53,444 bases of DNA from an uncultured Deferribacteres bacterium. Lineage in GTDB: Bacteria > Zhuqueibacterota > Zhuqueibacteria > Zhuqueibacterales > Geothermadaptataceae. Location of the stretch: positions 1-53,444 of the forward strand of contig CAXHAT010000024.1 in NCBI GenBank assembly GCA_964014485.1. Reading direction: 5' to 3'. Shown in pieces: positions 10,386 through 18,558 of the stretch; position 1 is the first letter of the stretch, and each line of letters opens with the position of its first letter. Below the pieces are notes generated by a model. The model did not search any database, was not told the DNA's origin, and saw only the letters and a program-made list of their open reading frames with translations. The translations under genes and the position numbers were made by a program.

Positions 10386-11309
10386 ATGCAGCGAATTCTT
10401 GTCACCGGCGCTTGCGGGCAGGTTGGCAGCGAGTTGATTCGGCGCCTTAGCGCAACATATGGCGTCGAGAATATCATCGGCTTGGACTTAAAGCCGCTGG
10501 CCGGGCACTCGGGCCCTTTTGAAATCGCCGATGTAACCAATGAAAACGACCTCAAATCCGTCATTCGGAAATACGAAATCGACGCCGTCTACCATTTGGT
10601 AGGCATACTTTCAGCTAAAGGTGAACAGAATCCTGATTTGGCATGGAATGTGAATGTCAATAGTCTCAAGTTCATACTTGATTTGGCGATCCGGAAAAAG
10701 CTGCGTTTGTTTTGGCCGAGTTCAATCGCGGTTTTCGGTCCAACGACGCCGAAGAAAAATACGCCGCAATCGACGATTCTCGAACCGACAACGATGTATG
10801 GCGTCACAAAAGTCGCCGGCGAGTTGCTGTGTCAGTACTACCACGCCAAATTTGGCGTCGATGTGCGGAGCGTCAGATTCCCCGGTTTAATCAGCTACAA
10901 AACGGCGCCGGGCGGCGGAACAACTGACTATGCGGTTGATATTTTTCATCATGCACGCCGGAAAAAACGGTACGTTAGTTTTCTTAAAGAGGATACTCGA
11001 CTGCCGATGATGTACATGGATGACGCGATTGACGCCGTCTTGCAACTCATGGACGCCGACGCCGAAAATTTGACAGTAAGGACAAGCTACAATCTGGCGG
11101 CCGTCAGTTTTTCGGTTGAAGAAATTGCCAGCGAAATTCGAGAGCATCTGCCGGAGTTTCAGCTCTTTTGCGATCCGGATTTTCGGCAAGACATCGCCGA
11201 TTCTTGGCCGGACAGCATCGACGATGGTGCTGCGCGCAGAGATTGGCAATGGCGGCACAAGTATGATTTGCCTAAACTGACCCAAATCATGCTGGACAAT
11301 ATTCAATAA
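10386..11309 (+). CDS. NAD-dependent epimerase/SDR family protein, L-threonine 3-dehydrogenase-like
   Basis: GACGQVG, PSSIAVFG, YGVTK, PGGGTTDYAV, LPMMYM.D and RQ.IADSWP are signatures of SDR-type threonine dehydrogenase. Confidence 0.88.
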   Translation: MQRILVTGACGQVGSELIRRLSATYGVENIIGLDLKPLAGHSGPFEIADVTNENDLKSVIRKYEIDAVYHLVGILSAKGEQNPDLAWNVNVNSLKFILDLAIRKKLRLFWPSSIAVFGPTTPKKNTPQSTILEPTTMYGVTKVAGELLCQYYHAKFGVDVRSVRFPGLISYKTAPGGGTTDYAVDIFHHARRKKRYVSFLKEDTRLPMMYMDDAIDAVLQLMDADAENLTVRTSYNLAAVSFSVEEIASEIREHLPEFQLFCDPDFRQDIADSWPDSIDDGAARRDWQWRHKYDLPKLTQIMLDNIQ

Positions 11310-11464
11310 TCAACCAAGCCTAACGATTCGGTAAAGATGTGAAATAATTTCCTGCATTTACTTTTGCTTGCGGCTAACTAGTGGTAGTTGACATCCAGGA
11401 AAACGCATAAATTCAAGGAAGAACTCAATACATTAGGACGTGTAATTTTGAGGAGACTCATAAA

Positions 11465-12370
11465 ATGACAAAACTCCAAAAACTTATCGGCGGCTCGGTT
11501 TTCAGCTTGTTGCTGTTATCGCTGACCATGTTTTCTATGTGCAGCACGCGCATGCAAAAGCTGAACACAGACGGCGACATCGATGACTTGGCGCTTTTCG
11601 ATGAGACGGAAGAAGGCTTTGAAAGCGAAGACGATTTGTTAAGTAAATTGGAACTGCTCGATTCGGAAGGCGGTGAAGATGCATTTACCGCAGACGGCGA
11701 AGGCGATTTCGACTTTTTAAGCGATGCTGCTGATCTTGGCGATGATCAGTCTGCAAACGGCGGTTCGATAGACGGCGACGATACGTTCGTCACGCCTGAA
11801 CTCATCGCCAACATGCAGGCGGAAGTGAAAGACCTTGAAGAAGTTCTCAATAAAAAAGATCGTACAGCCGAAGATTTGCGCAATCAGATTCGCAGCCAAA
11901 CCAATTTCTCTGATGTTGCTTTGGCAGGCGCGGAGCAAAGTTCGGATTTTCCTCCGGCGGTAGAAGCGCCAACGGCGCGCCCGTCCTATCTTGACACGGA
12001 AGCCGGTATGCTTTACAAGGCCGCTCTCGACGAATACTACGGTCGTCGTTACAAGAACGCCATTCGTCAATTTCGTGACCTGCTTCTTCGCGGCGACGCC
12101 GGTGATTTGGCCGACAACTGCCATTATTGGATTGGCGAATCGTATTACGCGCAAGGAAAATACTTGATGGCGACCATCGAGTTTGAAAAAGTCAATCGCT
12201 TTGCCAAAGGCAACAAACTTCCGGACGCGCGTCTCATGGTCGGTCTTGCACTCATGAAGGCTGGAAAAAGTGGGCAAGCGAGCACGGAATTCGGCTCAGT
12301 CGTCGATTTTCACAGCAACAATAATGTCGCCCGGAAAGCCCAGCGCTACTTGAGCAGCCTTGGCGTCTAA
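11465..12370 (+). CDS. TPR protein, CpoB/YbgF-like, with acidic N-terminal region and coiled coil
   Basis: Y..A.D.Y..RRY..AI..F, LADNCHYWIGESYY and K.PDA.L..G match the YbgF TPR. N-terminal signal or lipoprotein-like segment. Confidence 0.75.
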   Translation: MTKLQKLIGGSVFSLLLLSLTMFSMCSTRMQKLNTDGDIDDLALFDETEEGFESEDDLLSKLELLDSEGGEDAFTADGEGDFDFLSDAADLGDDQSANGGSIDGDDTFVTPELIANMQAEVKDLEEVLNKKDRTAEDLRNQIRSQTNFSDVALAGAEQSSDFPPAVEAPTARPSYLDTEAGMLYKAALDEYYGRRYKNAIRQFRDLLLRGDAGDLADNCHYWIGESYYAQGKYLMATIEFEKVNRFAKGNKLPDARLMVGLALMKAGKSGQASTEFGSVVDFHSNNNVARKAQRYLSSLGV

Positions 12371-12418
12371 GAGCTTTTAAAAAAACTCTCCCAAGAAAAA
12401 ACGCCTTTTAAGAACTTG

Positions 12419-12460
12419 AAAAAGCGGGAAACGGTCTAACAGCCGTCTCCCGCTTTTTTC
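12419..12460. terminator. Intrinsic terminator (possibly bidirectional)
   Basis: AAAAGCGGGAAACGG-loop-CCGTCTCCCGCTTTTTT hairpin with U tract, downstream of the TPR gene. Confidence 0.7.
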
Positions 12461-12482
12461 GTTTTGGCCTACCCCTTTTCTT

Positions 12483-12511
12483 TTGCTTTTCCCCTGCCGC
12501 CTTGTTATAAT
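12483..12511 (+). promoter_or_regulatory. Sigma70-type promoter of dnaE
   Basis: TTGCTT-17 nt-TATAAT with extended TG, about 45 nt upstream of the ATG. Confidence 0.6.
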
Positions 12512-12556
12512 CTCGCCCGAAACCAGTCCTTCCTCCATCAGCCATAGAGTTCTCAA

Positions 12557-15500
12557 ATGTCGAATTATATCCACCTTCATAATCACTCTCATTACAGCCT
12601 GCTGGACGGCGCTTGTCGCATCGACGACCTCGTTCAAGCCGCTGTTGACAACGAGATGGAAGCCTTGGCGCTGACCGACCATGGCGTGATGTTCGGCGCA
12701 GTTGAATTCTACCAAAAATGCGCCAAAGCCGGCGTGAAGCCAATCGTGGGCGTTGAAGCTTACATGGCCAACAAGAGCCGCAAAATTAAATCAAAGGATA
12801 AAAGCGACGTTACCGATACCAACTATCACTTGGTTCTTCTGGCCAAAAACGACGTTGGTTATCGCAACTTGATGTACATGGTTTCGATGGGTTTTCTGGA
12901 CGGTTTCTATTATCGCCCCAGAATCGACAAAGAATTATTGCGCGAATATCATGAGGGGATAATTTGCACAAGCGCGTGTCTACAAGGCGAAGTCGCCTAT
13001 AAAGCCAGACATCTAGGCTATGAAGCGGCGAAAGAAGCAGCCATGGAATACCGCGAAATTTTCGGCGACGATTACTATCTCGAAGTGCATAACCACAGCA
13101 TTCCCGAAGAAGCGCAAGCCGCTGAAATAGTGTTGGAAATCAGCAAGGATTTGAGCATACCGGCCATAGTTTCAAATGACATTCATTACCTGAAACGTGA
13201 GCATTCCGTCCCGCATGATCTGTTGATTTGTCTGCAAACGGGGAAGGATCGCGACGATCCGAAACGACTGCGTTATACCACCGACGACATCTATTTCAAA
13301 ACAGAAGCCGAGATGGCGCAGCTTTTTCCGAACCGGAGCGACCTCCTCACGACGACAAAGGACATTGCTGGTAAGGTCGGCTTCAAAATGGATTTTGATA
13401 CGATCCATTTGCCGGAATTTGAGTTGCCGCCCGAAGACAAAAAACTGACGCTCGACGAATACCTCTACAAACTCTCGCGTGAACGCTTGGAGGAGCGCTA
13501 CCCGAACCCTTCTCAAGAAACGCTCGATCGGTTTGAGTTCGAGATGGACATTATTCTGAAAACTGGATATGCGGGCTATTTCTTAATCACGCAAGACTTC
13601 ATGCAGGCGGCGCGCGATCAGGGCATTCCTGTTGGGCCGGGGCGCGGCTCGGCGGCCGGCAGTCTTGTGGCCTATTGTTTGGGCATCACAAACATTGATC
13701 CTCTAAAATACAACTTGCTTTTCGAGCGTTTTTTGAATCCGGAAAGGGTGACGATGCCGGATATCGACATCGATTTTTGCTACGAACGCCGCGAAGAAAT
13801 CATTGAATACGTCAAGCAAAAATACGGCGAAAAAAACGTCACTCAGATTATCACGTTCGGAACCATGGCGGCGCGCGCGGTCGTGCGGGACGTTGGGCGT
13901 GTGCTGAAAATGAGCTACGGCGAAGTAGACCGCATCGCAAAAATGATCCCGACAACGCTTGGCATCAAACTCAAAGCGGCGCTTGAGCAGGTGCAGGAAT
14001 TTCGCGATTTGGCGGAAATCGATGAGACGCACAGCCAGTTAATCGAGTATTCGCAAGTTCTGGAAGGTTTGGCGCGCCACGCGTCGACGCACGCGGCCGG
14101 CGTGGTGATTACGCCGAAAGCCTTGACGAATTACGCGCCGCTTTTTAAGTCGCCAAGCACGGGCGACGTCACGACGCAGTATGACATGAAATGCCTGGAA
14201 TCCACCGGCGTTTTGAAAATGGATTTCCTCGGCTTACGAACATTGACGGTGATCGACCATACGGTAAAAATGCTCGAAGAGCGCGGCGTCAAAATCGATG
14301 TTGACGAAATTCCATTGGACGATCCGGGCGCATTTGAAGTTTTTGCCAACGGCGAGACCACGGCGATTTTCCAGTTTGAAAGCAGCGGCATGCGTGAATA
14401 TTTGAAAAAACTGAAGCCGCAGACGCTGGAAGACCTCATCGCGATGAACTCGCTCTACCGTCCCGGGCCAATGGACTTTATCGACGATTTTATCGCCAGA
14501 AAACACGGTCGGCAAAAAATTGAGTTCCCGCATTCGAACATTGAGCCGATTTTGAAAGAGACGTACGGCATTATCGTCTACCAGGAACAGGTGATGCAAA
14601 TCGCCAGCGCCATGGGCGGATTCAGCCTTGGAAAATCCGATTTGCTGCGGCGGGCGATGGGGAAGAAAAAGGCCGATTTGATGGCGCAGATGCGGGTCGA
14701 ATTCATCAAAGGCGCGGTCGAAAAAAACATCGACAGAAAGATTGCGGAAGATGTTTTTGACATGATGGACAGGTTTGCGAAATACGGTTTCAACAAGTCT
14801 CACGCGGCTTGCTATTCCGTCGTCGCATACCAAACGGCTTATTTAAAGGCGCACTATCCGGCGGAATTCATGTCCGCCACCATGACCTCGGAAATGGGCA
14901 GCACCAACAGAATCGTCTTCTTTATGGAAGAATGCCGACGCATGAAGCTGGAAGTTTTGCCCCCGGACGTGAACGAGAGCTTCGGCCGTTTTTCCGTGAT
15001 CGACGGCAAGATTCGTTTTGGCCTCGGGGCGGTGAAAAACGTTGGGAAAGGCGCCATTCAGTCGATTGTAGATGCGCGCAATACTGGCGGCAAGTTCAAA
15101 ACGCTTTTTGATTTATGCACGCGGATTGATTTGCGCGCTGCGAACAAAAAAGTGCTTGAAAGCCTCGTGCAATCTGGTGCGACGGACACGCTTGAAGGCA
15201 ATAGACCGCAAAGCATGGCGAGCATCGATTTGGCGACAGCTTACGCGAACGGTTTGGCGAAGGAGAAAGCGAAAAACCAAGCCAGTTTGTTTGGCGAAGA
15301 TTCAGGTGAGCTCATCGCTGAACCGGCTCTCCCGATTTTGCCGGATTGGGACGTGTCTGAAAAGCTGAAACGTGAAAAAGAAGTGCTCGGCTTTTACATC
15401 TCCGGCCATCCGCTCGATCCCTTTCGCACGGAAATCAACGCGTTCAGCAATATCCGGCTGCATGACCCTGAACTGTTGAAAGACGGGCAAAAAGTCGCCG

Positions 15501-15994
15501 TCTGCGGCATGATCACCGCAGTCAAAACGCATTATGATCGGCGTAACCGACCAATGGCTTTTTTCACCATTGAAAATCTTGGCGGCGCGATTGAAGCGCT
15601 GGCTTTCAGCGATCCATACCAACAATACAACGAATTTATTCAGCCGGAAAAGATCGTTGTTTTACAGGGGAAAATCTCCGTCCGATCCGAGGAAGAGCCG
15701 AAAATTTTGCTCGACAGCGCGCTCGATCTCGCCGGGGCTTGGCAACAACTTGCCAGCGCGTTTTACCTGCGCTTCCAGTCCGACCAGCTTGATGAAACTT
15801 TGGTTGAACGCGTCGACAGAATTATCCGCACGCATCGAGGAGATTGTGAGCTGTATTTTCAAATTCGCTCGAACGGGACGCGCAAATCTTACCGTTCAAA
15901 AAAGTATCGCGTACGTCCGAATCCAAATTTGTTGAGTGATTTGCAGGAGATTTTGGGACAGGACAACGTGTGGTTTGGAGCGGGGCAAAAATAG
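12557..15994 (+). CDS. dnaE: DNA polymerase III alpha subunit
   Basis: HLHNHSHYSLLDG PHP domain, GPGRGSAAGS, FERFLNPER..MPDIDIDF, KMDFLGL, YGFNKSH and a C-terminal OB fold. Confidence 0.98.
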   Translation: MSNYIHLHNHSHYSLLDGACRIDDLVQAAVDNEMEALALTDHGVMFGAVEFYQKCAKAGVKPIVGVEAYMANKSRKIKSKDKSDVTDTNYHLVLLAKNDVGYRNLMYMVSMGFLDGFYYRPRIDKELLREYHEGIICTSACLQGEVAYKARHLGYEAAKEAAMEYREIFGDDYYLEVHNHSIPEEAQAAEIVLEISKDLSIPAIVSNDIHYLKREHSVPHDLLICLQTGKDRDDPKRLRYTTDDIYFKTEAEMAQLFPNRSDLLTTTKDIAGKVGFKMDFDTIHLPEFELPPEDKKLTLDEYLYKLSRERLEERYPNPSQETLDRFEFEMDIILKTGYAGYFLITQDFMQAARDQGIPVGPGRGSAAGSLVAYCLGITNIDPLKYNLLFERFLNPERVTMPDIDIDFCYERREEIIEYVKQKYGEKNVTQIITFGTMAARAVVRDVGRVLKMSYGEVDRIAKMIPTTLGIKLKAALEQVQEFRDLAEIDETHSQLIEYSQVLEGLARHASTHAAGVVITPKALTNYAPLFKSPSTGDVTTQYDMKCLESTGVLKMDFLGLRTLTVIDHTVKMLEERGVKIDVDEIPLDDPGAFEVFANGETTAIFQFESSGMREYLKKLKPQTLEDLIAMNSLYRPGPMDFIDDFIARKHGRQKIEFPHSNIEPILKETYGIIVYQEQVMQIASAMGGFSLGKSDLLRRAMGKKKADLMAQMRVEFIKGAVEKNIDRKIAEDVFDMMDRFAKYGFNKSHAACYSVVAYQTAYLKAHYPAEFMSATMTSEMGSTNRIVFFMEECRRMKLEVLPPDVNESFGRFSVIDGKIRFGLGAVKNVGKGAIQSIVDARNTGGKFKTLFDLCTRIDLRAANKKVLESLVQSGATDTLEGNRPQSMASIDLATAYANGLAKEKAKNQASLFGEDSGELIAEPALPILPDWDVSEKLKREKEVLGFYISGHPLDPFRTEINAFSNIRLHDPELLKDGQKVAVCGMITAVKTHYDRRNRPMAFFTIENLGGAIEALAFSDPYQQYNEFIQPEKIVVLQGKISVRSEEEPKILLDSALDLAGAWQQLASAFYLRFQSDQLDETLVERVDRIIRTHRGDCELYFQIRSNGTRKSYRSKKYRVRPNPNLLSDLQEILGQDNVWFGAGQK

Positions 15995-16017
15995 GGGATG
16001 GTCAAACGAAAAGGGTT

Positions 16018-16081
16018 TGTCATTCAGGAGGAATCTATGTCATCGCGAGCATTGGACGATATAGATTCCTCCTGAATGACA
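16018..16081. repeat. Palindromic element with perfect 21-bp inverted arms (GTCAT...ATGAC family)
   Basis: TGTCATTCAGGAGGAATCTAT / ATAGATTCCTCCTGAATGACA, lying between convergent genes. Confidence 0.85.
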
Positions 16082-16153
16082 GGCCAAGTGTGGATACCAA
16101 ACTATGGAAATTGGTATGAATAGCAAGCTAAGCGCTTCTTTGGTTTGTTGATC

Positions 16154-17536
16154 TCAAAATATCTCCGTTAAAATTCTCCCCAAAATCTCTTCAACTGTAC
16201 CTTGAGCATCAAGCGCGGCTAGCGGCAATCCGAAAAATACAAACGTGTTTTTTCCATCTATTACGCCAACCGCAGGCTGGCCGGTCCAACGCGTCGTTCC
16301 TTCCGGCAAGCGGTAGAATGGAACAGAGCTTAACTTTGGAACAACCGGAAAAACATTTGGAATAATCGCCGCGCTGATTTGCAATTCCGGGTAGCCTTGC
16401 TCTGCAAATCCTTCGGCGGGATTGATGATTTGGTTGCGCGTCAAACGACTGATTTTCGTTCCGAGACTATCTACTGGAGAAAACGCCAGCGGATCGCCCT
16501 GGTTCGACGAAAACTCCTTGAAGCCGGTCGTCATGATGAGTTTGCCGCCCGCTTCCAAAAACTCAATAACTGAAACTTGGGCTTTTCCCAAATTAGGGTC
16601 GGTGTCGGCGTACCACAAAATTCTGTCGAAAAGCAGGAGCGTTTGTGTAAACGCTTGGGTGGAGACTGGTTCCAAAGCGCCGCCGTTGCTCTTAATGTCC
16701 CAAGCGTCGAAATCACCGACAAGCTCGCCCAGGGCTTCCTGGTAAAATGCATCCGTGTTATCGGCAATGTTGTAATCGTCCAGGAGCAGGAATTTGCTTT
16801 TGGGCTCTTTGACAAACCAAACGTCGTTTTCACTACGCGGCATACGGACGATTTGACTGACCGCTCCGGCAATGTCAAATGCACGCAGGTAAAAAGCGTG
16901 TTCGCCTTCGGTCAAACCGTGCGCAGCATTTAATGTGATGGAATTTGATTTGGGATCAAGGTCAGTCCACGCCGATTCATTTGTCGTGTCGTCGAGAACA
17001 TACTGGAATTTGGCGATAGTGTCGTCGCCGTCCAGATCACTGCCGCGCCAGGTAAAATTGGCGACGGTAAACGTCGTTTCAGGTACGTCGGTCTGCAGCA
17101 CAAATTCAACGCTCGGGCGCGAGTTGACGATGGCGTAATCTTGCGTCGCCGCCGTCGGATCCGCCGCCCCTTCATCGTCGACTGCTTTCACGCGTAATGC
17201 AAAAGTCGTGTCTGTCCCGGACAACGTGAGCACGAACGTTTCTTGACGCTCAGTCGTAAACGTCCAACCGGCGACCGGATTTGATTCGCTCCATTCGGTC
17301 ACGTCCGCGGCGTTGGCGTCAAAAGTATAGATGAAGCCAACAACTATCCCGTCCGGATCGTCTCCCCACCAATTGATCGTTTGTCGGCTAATGGTCGGGT
17401 TGAGGTCGTTTTCTGTAAAAACCGAGATAAACGTTTCCGGAGGTTGATTTGGATTGGGGTTATCAACCAAATTTTCCGAACACGCGGAGAAGAAGGCCAC
17501 AAGCGCGAGTAGACAGATTGGAAATTTGTACATCAC
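16154..17536 (-). CDS. Lipoprotein with two FN3/Ig-like domains
   Basis: Lipobox FFSAC; repeated PET/PSV...W.G.D.DG...F.Y..D...F.VKAVD/F.LRAFD modules. Confidence 0.7.
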   Translation of the reverse strand: MMYKFPICLLALVAFFSACSENLVDNPNPNQPPETFISVFTENDLNPTISRQTINWWGDDPDGIVVGFIYTFDANAADVTEWSESNPVAGWTFTTERQETFVLTLSGTDTTFALRVKAVDDEGAADPTAATQDYAIVNSRPSVEFVLQTDVPETTFTVANFTWRGSDLDGDDTIAKFQYVLDDTTNESAWTDLDPKSNSITLNAAHGLTEGEHAFYLRAFDIAGAVSQIVRMPRSENDVWFVKEPKSKFLLLDDYNIADNTDAFYQEALGELVGDFDAWDIKSNGGALEPVSTQAFTQTLLLFDRILWYADTDPNLGKAQVSVIEFLEAGGKLIMTTGFKEFSSNQGDPLAFSPVDSLGTKISRLTRNQIINPAEGFAEQGYPELQISAAIIPNVFPVVPKLSSVPFYRLPEGTTRWTGQPAVGVIDGKNTFVFFGLPLAALDAQGTVEEILGRILTEIF

Positions 17537-17550
17537 AAAAAAATTGGGAG

Positions 17551-17772
17551 TTACTTTGCGGTTCTAAATTTTTTAAAAGCTCTTTTCCCGGGGATTCTCG
17601 CGGTTTTACGATCCAGAAAGCTCTCGGCTCTTTTTTCCGCTTCTTCAGCCCAAAGATCATCAACGTCTTTTCGGTCGGGATGAAGGCTTGCGAGCAGCAA
17701 TTCAATGAGCCGGGATTTGGCGGGAGCAGGCAGCGCGGCGGCTTGCGAAAATAATTCGTCAGTTTTGATCAT
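17551..17772 (-). CDS. Putative addiction module component (TIGR02574-like antitoxin)
   Basis: A..LP...K..LIE.LL.SL......D.LWAEEAE.R in 73 aa. Overlaps the Uma2 stop codon. Confidence 0.75.
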   Translation of the reverse strand: MIKTDELFSQAAALPAPAKSRLIELLLASLHPDRKDVDDLWAEEAEKRAESFLDRKTARIPGKRAFKKFRTAK

Positions 17773-18410
17773 GATGATTTGCCGCTTTTTGCAGGTTCAG
17801 CCTCCGGCCAGTCAAAAATGTGATTGATTTCTACGGAGAAGTTCGGCAGAATCGGGCTCGTCAAAACGTCTTTTACCCAGCGCCGGTCTTCTTTTGTGAT
17901 CACCTCCACGCCCCGTTGAAACGGATCGACGATCCACACTTCCTGGCTGCCGTGTTCCAGATAGAGTGTTGTTTTGTCAAACAGGTCGTTCCATAAATCA
18001 TTGCTGGAGACGATCTCGATCGCAATGTCGGGCGCGCGGGAAGCATAGCGCTCTTTTGGGTTAAAATTTTCGTTGAGAATGACAGACAAATCCGGCGTTC
18101 GACCTTCGAGCGGTTTGTCCGGCCAAGGGCGGATCATATACTCAGGGCGAATTCGTCCAATCTGATTCTTTTTAAGATAAACGCCCAGTTCAATACACAA
18201 TAATCCTTGAACATCTGCATGTCTGCTGTCCGGCATTTTATAAACCACCTCCCCGTCAATCAATTCAAACGAACGGCCGCTTGCGACTTCTTCCGCTTGT
18301 TCAACAGTCAATTTTCTCCCTGTTGACGATGTTGTACGCTCGGGAAGGAAGTTTTTCTTCTTGTCGGACTTTGCTCTGAGAATGGCGTCTTCTTCAACGA
18401 TGACAGTCAT
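17769..18410 (-). CDS. Uma2 family (DUF820) PD-(D/E)XK endonuclease
   Basis: FELIDGEV, P...H, R.PDLS, APDIAIEIVS, Y..HG..EVWIVDP and SPILPNF. Confidence 0.9.
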   Translation of the reverse strand: MTVIVEEDAILRAKSDKKKNFLPERTTSSTGRKLTVEQAEEVASGRSFELIDGEVVYKMPDSRHADVQGLLCIELGVYLKKNQIGRIRPEYMIRPWPDKPLEGRTPDLSVILNENFNPKERYASRAPDIAIEIVSSNDLWNDLFDKTTLYLEHGSQEVWIVDPFQRGVEVITKEDRRWVKDVLTSPILPNFSVEINHIFDWPEAEPAKSGKSS

Positions 18411-18514
18411 GTAAACACCTTTTGCGCATGTCGTTCTTTTTGCCGGAAAATCTACAAACTCTGTTGATCGGAATCAACCGTTCAGCAAAGTTAACAAACA
18501 GATGATTGCTGCAA

Positions 18515-18557
18515 AGAAAAAACGCCGCCCGTTTCGAAAACAGACGGCGCATCTTTC
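18515..18557 (-). terminator. Intrinsic terminator after the lamin-tail protein gene
   Basis: CGCCGCCCGTTT...AAACAGACGGCG hairpin with an A-run on the + strand, which is a U-run on the - strand. Confidence 0.55.
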
Positions 18558-18558
18558 C

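Noticed and set aside
12557..15994. Intein or split dnaE
   Set aside because: The length (1145 aa) and continuous motifs match an uninterrupted DnaE.
16018..16081. Possible CRISPR repeat or tRNA
   Set aside because: It is a single hairpin with no repeat-spacer periodicity, no cloverleaf and no cas genes.
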